Source of the DNA: Cetorhinus maximus
Taxonomy: Eukaryota
Assembly: GCF_964194155.1 (NCBI RefSeq)
Contig: NC_135896.1
Coordinates: forward strand, 89,714,001 to 89,778,000
Direction of reading: 5' to 3'
Length of the DNA stretch: 64,000 bases
Part shown: positions 24,849 to 35,333 of the stretch, piece by piece
Position numbering within the stretch: position 1 is the first letter of the stretch
How the letters are laid out: every line of letters starts with the position of its first letter
The notes under the pieces: model-generated
The model's input: the letters and a program-made list of their open reading frames with translations, nothing else
Told to the model about the DNA's origin: nothing
The model's database searches: none
Position numbers and translations under genes: made by a program

Positions 24849-26104
24849 GGGCAGAATTTTGCCCTTGGCATGCGGGCTTGGCGGGGGTGGTCCGGAAGCT
24901 GACCGCTGCCTGCGATCGGCGCTGCACCGTGATTTCATGCTGGGTGGGCCAATTGAGCGCTGCCTGTGCAGGCGGGAGGAGGAGGGCCAGTGGGCTGAGA
25001 GCGAACTTCCTGCATGCGTGCGAGTGCGCGCTACATGGGGCAGGATTTTACACGTCGGTGAGCGGGGGCGGGGCCCACTTGCCAACACATAAAATAACGC
25101 ACGGTGACGTCGGGGGGAACTCCCAATGTCACCCCGCCCCATTTAAATTTTCAGGAAGGCGGGGGCGCAGCAAAATCAGCTGCGGGCCCACCGACCTGTC
25201 AATGGCCAATTGAGGCCATTGACAGAGGCTATTAAGACATTAAAGGACCTGCCCGTCCAACCTTAACGTTGGTGGACAGGCCAGGAGCCCTGGCATGAAC
25301 TAGAAAAACATGAAACCTCATCCACCGGTGGGATGAGGTTTCATGTATGTTTTTAAAAAATTTAATAAAGTTTTTGTGAAAATGATGGACATGTCCCAAC
25401 TCATGTGACATTGTCACATGAGGGGACATGTTAGGGAAATTTTACTTTTCTATTTTTAGGTTTTTTACATTTCGAGCTGATCTCCCTGAGGCTGCACTTA
25501 GCCTCAGGGAGATGACTGCGCTCTTTAGTGCGAAAGAGCGCACTCTCAGCTGAGGGATTCCCCCCCTCCCCCCCACCCCCCCTGCAGAGGAAGCGCATAG
25601 CACTTCTGTGTGGACGTCACGCTGGGCGGGCCTTTAACTTCGTCCCCAACGGAGGTGGGGGGGTGAAATTCAGCCCATAATCTCCTTGAGGCACGGAGCT
25701 GCCTCAGGGAGATGAAGCGCTGTTTAAAAAAAAAAATTTAAAAATAAAAATTTAATAAAACATGTCGCCTCATGTGACGTGAGCAGGGATGTGTTTTTAA
25801 TTCAAGTCTAAAATTTTTATTTGTTTTTATTTGCTTTAGAAATCCCGCCCGTGGATTGGTTTCCTAAAAAGTGCAAAGGCTGCTTGGCCTTTTCGCCTGC
25901 CCGCCAGCCGCAAGGTTGGACAGGCAGCGTAAATTTGATTTTAATTACCTTGAAAATGGCTTTAACAGGCCTTTTAATTATCGCTGAACAAAATATCGCA
26001 GGGCTGCGCAATGATGTTGGGACGCTCGCCCGACGTCAGCATGTGCCATTTTACGCTCGGTCAGGCCGGGCGCGCACCCGCCCACCAAGCTTAATATTCT
26101 GCCC
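24849..26104. mobile_element. Harbinger-like MITE (outer) containing a nested MITE
   Basis: TIRs GGGCAGAATTTT / AATATTCTGCCC; flanks CAG/CTG. Confidence 0.85.
25038..25676. mobile_element. Multi-hairpin Harbinger-like MITE (nested copy)
   Basis: TIRs GGGCAGGATTTT / AAATTCAGCCC; flanks ATG/ATA; full hairpin series. Confidence 0.85.
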
Positions 26105-26239
26105 CTGGTCTGTATATGGAATTTTAAACGTACGTCTTAGCATCCACATTTCAAAGGCCTCTACTTTCTTCCGCAGATCTTTATTTAATGCCCAGGCTTC
26201 TGAGGCAGACAGGCAAGTGGATAGAATGTCGCACCTCAT

Positions 26240-26870
26240 GGCCTGAATTCTCCTGTCACCCCACTCACCATTGAGTAAAATGACACGGGGTGACATTGGG
26301 CGGGCGTCCTGACATCACCGCGCGTCATTTAGATTTCCAGGTCGGCGGGCGCGCAGCTGACTCGGCTGCCCACCCGCCGAACTGTCGAAGGCCCTTTAAG
26401 GCCTGTTAAAAACTACTTAAAGCAATTAAATGAGCTGCCCGTCCAACCTTAAGGTTGGCGGGGGGCAGGTGAAGAGCCCAGGCGGCCTTCGCATTTTTCA
26501 TGAAACCTCATCCACGGGCGGGATGAGGTTTCAGGAAGGGTTTTAAAATTCAATAAAAATTTTTAAAGTAATTATTTGACATGTCCCGTGTCACATGAGG
26601 GGACATGTTTTAAAAGCTTTTAAATGCTTTTTTTCAGGTTTTAAATGTCAAACCGATCTCCCTGAGGGACAGAGGTGCCTCGGGGAGATTTCTGTGCTCT
26701 TTCGCGTGCGCAGGCCCCGACTCAGGGAATTCCCCCCACCCCCACAGGGAGCGCTCAGCGCTTCCGGGCGAGCATCACGCTGGGGGGGGCCTTAATTGGC
26801 CCGCCCACGTAAAATGGCGGCGCGTCCCCGGTTGGGGGTGTCGATCGGGTTCACACACACCCCCGCTCCT
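26240..26870. mobile_element. Multi-hairpin Harbinger-like MITE, right end truncated
   Basis: Colinear with 32109-32793. Confidence 0.8.
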
Positions 26871-28164
26871 TGTTGTTAACACATCCTATCATCTTCACTA
26901 AATTACTTCTGGCTTTCTCTATCCTTCTTCTGGCTTCGGCATCACATCAACCATCTCCTGTTATCATTTTCCTTATTTATTTATTTGTCCATATTTAATA
27001 CACATGGGGAAATTATACTTCAGCTTGACATAGATTGGGCTCTAAGGCACGACCGCATTTGGTGTTCTGCTTCTTTCGTGCTATCAAGTGTGGTGGTAGC
27101 TTTGCAGATTTTTTCCCAGCTAAGTAATGGCTTATTATCAGTTTTGGCTGCAAGAGCCATAATTAAACCCCTCATCAACGTTTCTATGAGCTCCAAAACT
27201 CCAACGTTGCCAGCAAAGGAAAAACATACTGTACCATCCACCAAGCAACAGCATTAATGCACTTGGAAGTAGATCCTCCAGAGACTGAAACAAGTCACAG
27301 GCTCATTAACTAGAAAGGAATTCAGCCATTCTTCATTGGATTAGACTACGTAAAACATAAATCCTTTTTTTGCCTTGCACCTGCTGCCACTTTTACAGAA
27401 TATCTAAGTATTAAAACTTTGTAGGTCTGAGACAGTATCTGTTTGCAGATTTATCTACATGCTTAAAAACACCAAAGACAAATTGTGTTATCTAGGTTTT
27501 TTTTTTGACAACATTCCCAGTCTAGGAGAATCCTTTGGAAGCACTTCCCTCATGGCTACAAATAAAGACGTCAGACAATCAAATGAGGCATTTGTGGCTG
27601 TGTTCATCATTTGCGATAAAATCTGTTATCAGCCTGAAACGCTGGCTATAGCTTTCTACATGCTGAAGGGGGAGGGGGGCAGGGGGATTCAACCCTACTT
27701 TATTCTAATTTAACATTAGTTGTGATTCTACTGCTCTACTCTAGTATTCCATCTAGTTATCTGATATTGCTGTGAATCGGTGATTAAATTCACCCTGCCT
27801 TTCTGACTTTCCTTGACTAAACATTTCTTTTGGCAAAGGTAACCCTCCTTCAAGAAAAATGTCCTGTTGCAATTATTTTGGGCTTCATAGAAAGGGCACT
27901 AAAGCAATCTGCTGAGAGTGGGCCCTTTGGCTACTACAGTATGACTTCTTAATGTATTTAAATACAACCTCATTGCTATTTAACACAGGCACTACCCAGA
28001 TAAAATATGAGTTGGCACTGTTAATATACTGAACAACACAACTTAATTGATGTATTAAGCATTCATGCGATAATACTCAGAGAACTCTAACTTCAAGGTG
28101 TACTCGAAGCGTTATTTGATTATTTTCATATAAATAAATACAGATTTTCCTCCAAAATTGTTGG

Positions 28165-28620
28165 CGAGACTAGAAAATTTTAGCTATGAGGAAAGATTAG
28201 ATAGGCTGGCATTGCTTTCTTTGGAACAGAGGATGCAGAGGGAAGATTTAATTGAGGTGTATAAAATTATGAGGGATCCAGATGGAATGGATAGGGAGGG
28301 TCTATTTCTCTTGTCAAGAGCTCAATAGCCAGGGGCCATCGATTTAAAGTAATCGGTAGAAAGATTAGCGGGCAGTCGAGGATATATTTATTCACCCAGA
28401 AAGAGTGTTTGGGGCCTGGGACTCACTGCCCGAAAGGATAATAGAAGCAGAAACCCTCATCGTATTTAAAAAAATACTTCGATTTGCACTTGAAGCACCG
28501 CTACAAATGCTGCAAATCTTAGAGCTAGAGAGTGGGGTTAAAATGGACAGCTCTTTTCTGGCTGGCACAGACATGAGTTGAATGGCCTCCTCCTGTGCCA
28601 TAAATCTCCATGATTCCATT
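28165..28620 (+). mobile_element. CR1 LINE 3' fragment
   Basis: FSYEERLDRLALLSLEQRMQREDLIEVYKIMR. Confidence 0.85.
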
Positions 28621-28947
28621 TTGTGAAATGGATGCCATGACAACTCAATATTTCTAACAGGGGGCAGCACTGGCAGTTGAGTGCATGCTCGAATGTGGTG
28701 GCTGTACGGTCACAGGGATGAGCTGACTCCTTAGAAATCATCTGGTTAATTAATCTAGGATTGATTAAATTTATGTTGTGAGGGGAAATCATCATCAAGA
28801 TGAGGGACATCAGAGCGGAGGAATGGGACATTGCTGCTTTGTGCACTTCTGGTGTCTGTGTCAAGCCCTGTCTGGTTAGGCCATTGGGTAATACCTCCTC
28901 TTTTCTCCCTGAACTGCAACCATAGGGAGTTAGACTGCATACACATA

Positions 28948-29632
28948 GGGAAGAATTTTCCCCCCGTTGTGGGGGAAGTGCAGGTGTGGGCGCGCCTCCA
29001 ACCGGCGCCCCAATTGGGGGCGTGCCGCCATTTTACGTGGGTGGGCCTTAGTGGCATCCACCAGAAAGCGCTACACGCTCTCTGTGCGGGTGGGGTGGGA
29101 TTCCCTCAGCCGGCAGTGCACTCCTTCATGCATGCGCGCAAAAGAACGCACTCATCTCCCTGAGGCTAAGTGCTGCCTCAGGGAGATCAGCACCAAATTT
29201 AAAAATGGTCAATGGACAAAAATAAAATTTCCCTGACATGTCCCCTTCATGTGACACTGTCACATGAGTTGGGACATGTCCATCACTTTTATTCAAACTT
29301 TTATTCAATTTTTAAAAACACTCATGAAACCTCATCCCGCTGGTGGATGAGGTTCCACGCTTTTTCTGAAGCCCACCAGGGCTCCTGGCCTACCCGCCAA
29401 CCTTAAGGTTGGACGGGCAGGTCCACTAATTACTTGAATTAGTTTTTAAATGGCCTCAATTGGCTGTTGACAGGTCGGCGGGCGCACAGCTGATTCGGCT
29501 GCGCCCCCGCCAACCTGAAAATTGAAATGACGCGGGGTGACGTCAGGAGTTCCACCCGACGCCATCCTGTGTCATTTTACACGTCAGCGAGTGGGCTCCG
29601 CACCCTCGCTCGCCGACCTCAATATCCTAGCC
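28948..29632. mobile_element. Full-length multi-hairpin Harbinger-like MITE (685 bp)
   Basis: TIRs plus exact TSD ATA/ATA. Confidence 0.9.
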
Positions 29633-30450
29633 ATACACATGAAAATTGTGGTCAGAATCCAGGGGAATGTGGGGAGTGGATTTGAGTAAATTGTCACACT
29701 TTTTCCTACTATATATCTATAAGAATGCATAACAATGCTAGCTATCTACTTTGTTTGAGTCCATCTTGCATTTGAGCCCTGCACAGGAATCAGGGAGCGA
29801 AGATTTTGGGAGACTTGGCTGGGCAAAACTGAAAAACCAAACGGAGAAGTGCCTGAGACTCAGAACATGAAGAATGAAAAGTTGAAGATGATGAGGTAAA
29901 AAGCAAAAACAGTAAGACATATGGGATATCATCAAAACCGGCTCCCTGTTCTATAAGAGAGAGGATAAAAGAAACAAGCTTTAATGTCATGGTGCTAAAT
30001 TGGCTCCCGAGACATGTTTGAAAGACACTGGTCAAAACAGGGACAGATTAGGTTTTTAAGTCTACAACACTCTTCAGCAATTGAAGATGATAGGAGACCA
30101 ATGAGATTCTATGGGCCTACTGGAGTTCAGTGGGACCTTCTCAAGGTTCTAGTTCATTACGATGAAGATTCAATTACTGGCTTAAAGATTTTTTAATTTG
30201 GTATTCAGCATCTGCAGTGTCACAAATCAGGTTTAACCATGACACAAAAACCCATGACTCTTAAGAACATTAAAAAAAGAGCAAGGAGAGGTTAATCCCT
30301 TCACAGTATAAACTTGTTCCTCCACAGTCTATAAACATTTCATCCTTTCACAGTACCTATCCACCCCATTGGGTCTCCTGAGGAAACTAATCAGCTAGAC
30401 ATAGGCCCTCCAAGGTAAAGCTCAAGGCTGTTCAGCTACTTGCACTCTTG

Positions 30451-30843
30451 GGAGACAGTGGCATAGTGGTAGTGTCACTGGATTAATAATCTGGAGGCTG
30501 AGGCTGTTTCTCTGGGGACATGGATTCAAATCTCATTACAGCAGCTGGTGGAATTTAAATTCAATTAATAAATCTGGAGTATAATGCTAGTCACAGTAAC
30601 GGTGACCATGACACAATCATTCATTGTTGTAAAAACCCATCTGCTTCACAAATGTCCATTAAAGAAAGGAGTCTTCCATCTTTGCATGGCCTACATGTGA
30701 CTCCAGATCCACAGCAATGTGGTTGACTCTTAACTGCCCTCTGAAATGACCTAACAAGCCACTCAGTTCAAGGGCAATTAGGGATTGGCAATAAATGATG
30801 GCCTTGCCAGTGACACCCACATCCCATGGAAGAATGAAAAGAA
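30451..30843 (+). mobile_element. tRNA-headed SINE with CR1-group tail (MER131-like, tentative name)
   Basis: A box TGGCATAGTGG, B box GATTCAAATC; body matches 45286-45638; tail matches the LINE end at 62836-62900. Confidence 0.8.
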
Positions 30844-31066
30844 AGTCAAGTAATCAGGGTTATTAATCCTATTGCGCATCCTTTTCTATTCAGTTGCAAA
30901 CCACAGGCCCATTATCACTTGTGTCAGAGGCACCCAATTATGTCCTTTAGGGTATTTGACCATAGATTTTTACAGTTGCCCTCATATCTGCAATCTATGC
31001 TTCAATGGATTTTTTATCCAGCATTTTCACAAAAGCATTAGGTACTGCATTGACTGGTTTGCATGG

Positions 31067-31992
31067 TGTTATGACGCGGTAGATGATGTGTGCCTGGCAG
31101 ACCAAATCCATGAGGGAAATTTGATTGCGCTATCACAATGGTTTTGCAACTAGTATTTATTTTGAGATGCGTGCACTGACTTCAGAAGTAATAAGTCCAC
31201 CAAGACTTCTAGAGATATTAAAAAATTAAAATTAAAATATTTATTAACAACAGAAAAGATTTCAAGCACATACATAAGACTACAAATTACTACTATAATA
31301 AATCCTAAAATTCCTAATTAACCTGACTCCCAATTACACCCCCTTTAAGGCAACGGTCCAAAAATAGATTTTAGATTTTAAACAGGTCCAGAAAATTAAC
31401 ACATCACCTTGGACAGTGGAACTCAAAATGGCTTTTCTCCAGCTCCAGTTTTGATACACAGCTGGCTTATGCACAAATGCAGGAGGCTTCATTAAGACTA
31501 TTTCACATACTTCTGTTAGATCTCACAGGGCCTTCTCCTGTCACATAGCCTCATTCTCTTTTATATATGTTTCCCTCTTTTTAATATGTAAATTTTATTG
31601 TTTCATAAGTCTTTGAAACTATAACTTCCTCACAATATAAAAACTTTCATGCTGCCACTATGTATTGTCAGTAACCTTTGGGAAAAACAAACACATTCCT
31701 TAGCCTTGCTTATCTGGTTAGTTGTAAACACACTTTGAGATCCTTTTGAAATCCAAATCCCCCTTCACCTATCTCAAAATGCAAACTCCCTTCGCATCTT
31801 ACATTCTAAGCCAACATCCATGTTTACTAATTAGCATGTCAAGTACCTAACTTCTTTTGGTTAGTTGGAGCTTGCAGTCTACTTGATTCCAACTGTAATT
31901 AAATCAAACACAGACATCCAACTATACTTACCCCGATAAACCTACTTCCCAATAAAACATAAAAATATTATGAACATTTTACTTTCATGACA
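31067..31992 (-). mobile_element. Solo Gypsy-type LTR (926 bp)
   Basis: TGTTATGA...TCATGACA termini; flanks ATGG/AAGG; minus-strand 3' end resembles 33880-33936. Confidence 0.8.
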
Positions 31993-32108
31993 AAGGGAAG
32001 CCATTCTACATACATAATACTCTATAAGGAAGCAAAGTATTTCTCATCTCGAGTCTCGTTCGAAACGGATTATTTCTTTTGTACTCATGTCCTCTATTTC
32101 TACACCTA

Positions 32109-32793
32109 GGCCAGGATATTGAGGTCGGCGAGCCGGGGTCGGGACCCGCTCACTGATGCGTAAAATAATGCAGGATGGCATCGGGTGGAACTCCCGACGT
32201 CACCCTGCGTCATTTCAATTTCCAGGTCGGCTGGGGGGGGCACAGCCGAATCAGCTGTGCACCCACCAACCTGTCAACGGCCAATTGAGACCATTTAAAA
32301 AGTAATTGAGCTAGTTAATGGACCTGCCCGTCCAACCTTAAGGTTGGCGGGCAGGCCGGGAGCCCTGTTGGGCTTCAGATAAAGCATGGAACCTCATCCA
32401 CCAGCGGGATGGGGTTTCATGTAGGTTTTTAAAAATTTAATCAAAGTTTGATTGAAAGTGATGGACATGTCCCAACTCATGTGACAGTGTCACACGAGGG
32501 GACATATCAGGAAAATTTTATTTCTCAACATTTACCATTTTTAAATTTGGCGCCGATCTCCCTGAGGCAGCACTTAGCCTCAGAGAGATGAGTGTGCTCT
32601 TTTGTGCGCATGCGCGAGAGAGTTCAGGGAAGGCCACCCCCGCCCACCGGCCCACACAGGGAGTGCATAGCGCTCCCTTAATTGCCTTAACTGGCCCACC
32701 CACGTAAAATGGTGGCACGCCCACAATCAGGGGTGCCAATCGGAGGGACGCCCACTCCTGAACTTCCCCCCCAACGGGGGGAAAATTCTGCCC
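32109..32793. mobile_element. Full-length multi-hairpin MITE (685 bp), inverted relative to the 28948 copy
   Basis: TIRs plus exact TSD CTA/CTA. Confidence 0.9.
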
Positions 32794-33077
32794 CTACAAT
32801 ATAGGTTAAATAATCTGGTTGCATTATCCATTCTTCTCATGATTGCAAAAGGACCCACATTACGGCATGCTTATTCTCAATCACCTTTTATGTACCAGGT
32901 ACAGGTTCGGTTCTGGCAGTCCACCTTCATAACTTGTAGCGCCTCAGCATCAGAATCATCCTTTTATTTTGTACTCTTTCCAATGTTCCATTCAAGAATA
33001 AGGTGCTCAAAAGTGCTCAGATTATTCCACCTGCCACATTATCAGTGATTAGTGTCATGAAATCATTTTCATAATAC

Positions 33078-33936
33078 TGTTGTGATTTATTGTAAAGGTG
33101 GGTTCATAGTGGGGTTTGGATTAGTTTCTCTGAGTGTATGTGTGTGGGGGGATTTAATTGAATTGAAGACAGATAGTCTGGAGCTTTTGAGTTAGAAATG
33201 CTAAATATGTAAACATGGTTGAAGTTTTAGAATGTGAGGTGTGAGGAACATTTGCATTTTTAGATAAACCAGAGTAGTTTGAATTTCAAAGAGATGGTAA
33301 GGTATTACACCTAGCCATAAGAGGCTAAGCCAAACAGTGTGTTTATTTTTCTCAAAGGTTACTGATAATATGGGTACTATGAAAGATTTATATTATGAGA
33401 GAAGTAAAGTCGCAAAGTCATATTGGAACAATGGAAGTTACAGTAAAAAGGGAGAAACATGTATAAAGGAGCTGAGGTTATGTGTAAGGGGGAAGGCATT
33501 CTAAGATCTAAGGAGTGTGAAAAGCCTCCAGCCTCTGTGCACCTCTGTCTACAGGAACCAAAGCTAAGAAAACTCACTGTGAATATGACTGTCCAGGATA
33601 TTATGCGCTTTGCCTCAGTCTATTGAAATCAAGTTTGTTTTTACTGTTGCCTTAAGGGAGGCGTAACTGGGGGTCAGGTTAATTAGGGGAGCTAGGAGTT
33701 ATTATAGTTATAATTTGCAGACTTATGTATGTGCTTAAAATCTTTTCTTCTATTAATAAATGTTTCATTTAGTTTTGTAAAAAAACCTCTAAGACTTGGT
33801 GGACTTATTACTACTGAATTCAAGGCACGCATCTTGAAATAAAATACAAATTGCAAAGAAAAGTCGGGGCAGCTGTTTCAAGTTTCCCTCTGGGATTTGA
33901 GCAGCTCAGCATTTACCATCCGGCTGTGCCATAACA
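33078..33936 (+). mobile_element. 5' LTR of a Gypsy-type retrotransposon
   Basis: TGTTGTGA...CATAACA; TATAAA near 33461; AATAAA near 33755; followed by a PBS. Confidence 0.85.
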
Positions 33937-33940
33937 AAAT

Positions 33941-33959
33941 TGGGGGCTCTTTGTGGGAT
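33941..33959 (+). other. Primer binding site, tRNA-Pro-like (degenerate)
   Basis: TGGGGGCTCTTTGTGGGAT versus canonical TGGGGGCTCGTCCGGGAT, 4 bp after the LTR end. Confidence 0.7.
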
Positions 33960-34074
33960 ATATTTGAAATTCCTTGGTTTGGAGTTGGTGAATCTTAAGG
34001 TTACGAGTACAAGAAGCACTTTGAATTCAGGAGCTGGTGTGAGGTGTTTTTTTTTAAAGTGGTGAGACTGCAAT

Positions 34075-34455
34075 ATGGCTTTGGCAGTTGCTAAGACTTA
34101 TCTGGGATCTGAAGTTATAATTTTGGTTGGTTTACAAAAGGCAAATAAATCCAAGTTAATGGAATTGGCAGATAAGTTACAATTAGTATTATCTGCAGGG
34201 GTAAGGATATCAGACATAACTGAAGGTATAGCACAGCATTTAAAATTGGAAGGAACACCCAAGAGACCAAGTTCTCCAAGGTCGTGGGTCATTGGAATGG
34301 GCTTAAATTCAGTTGCAAATGAAAAAACTGGAACTAGAGGCAGCAGAAAAAGAAAAAAAAAAGAAAGGGCATTACTAAGGGAAACAGGCAGAAATGCAGG
34401 AGGGGGAAAGAAAACAGGAAAGGGAATCTCTGACTCAGAGATGAGAATGCATTGA
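34075..34455 (+). pseudogene. Truncated gag N-terminus (Gmr1-like Gypsy, tentative)
   Basis: ORF MALAVAKTYLG..LQKANKSKLMELADKLQL..ITEGIAQHLKL starts just downstream of the PBS, followed by a frameshifted K/E-rich tract. Confidence 0.65.
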
Positions 34456-35333
34456 GCCAGCCTTACAATATAAAAATATTATTCCATTGTGGTCACACAA
34501 TACACATTTTTCACAGCAACCCAGCACATAAGCAGCCCTGTCAAAGGCCCATTGAAATCTAACATTGAGGATAACTGCACACACTGAATGAAACATTTTA
34601 TTTCTTCTCATTCTGATTGGCAACAGCGAGATGTTTTAATTTCTTTCTGCCTCCTTGGATTAGGGTTCTAACAGCTGCAACTGCTTTCCAACAAGCTGCC
34701 CAGGTGGCCTTGCATTAACTTGAACAGTTAGACAGCTCGGCTATTTGACTGCAGTGCACCTCACAGTCAGGCCTCGGCCTGTCTTTACCTCCTGCAACTC
34801 CAGCTGAGGTCAGCAAACGTAGCACAGACCAGACCTCCAATCCACAGAGCCTGCAACTGTGTGTTGAGTACAGCGCAAAGGAGGAGATATTATTCCAAAG
34901 CTTTCCAGTACCTTTCATTAAAGCTGGACACGTCCACGAATTCGACACTTTGCTAAGGATCACAGCTTTCCCAGTTTTAGGTACTTGGCTGGCAAACTGG
35001 ATGAAGTGACAATGTTATGACGAGGTGAGAAGGAGTGAACTGACTTCCCTCTATTCAACCTCCTTGGTTGGTCACAACAAAGTTTAAGTTTCTTCTTCAC
35101 GAGGATTTGCATTTTCCAAATCCAAACGTATTTAACTATGTTAGCTGTGAGCAATGAGGAGCCAATCAAACAAGGTTTTCTTGAGTCAGAGAAAGAGCAA
35201 ATTTATTAACCACTAAACCAGAGGGTAAAAAATAATAAAAAGGTGACATCACACACACACGGGTATCAGGAATAATGGAAGTTAGAGTCCAATAAAAAAC
35301 ATTAAAAGAATGTACGGTTAAGTGTCCTTTGAT

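Larger units (their letters stand above)
24545..26990 (-). mobile_element. RTE (BovB-like) LINE 3' fragment split by MITE insertions
   Basis: Joined pieces: ITGDG*CDAEARRRIEKAR / SEAWALNKDLRKKVEAFEMWMLRRTFKIPYTD / KTNKVVL..EGKVEGSTKRG*P; (GCA)n tail. Confidence 0.8.

Noticed and set aside
27020-27244. Protein-like 74-aa minus-strand ORF
   Set aside because: No convincing splice sites or recognisable homology.
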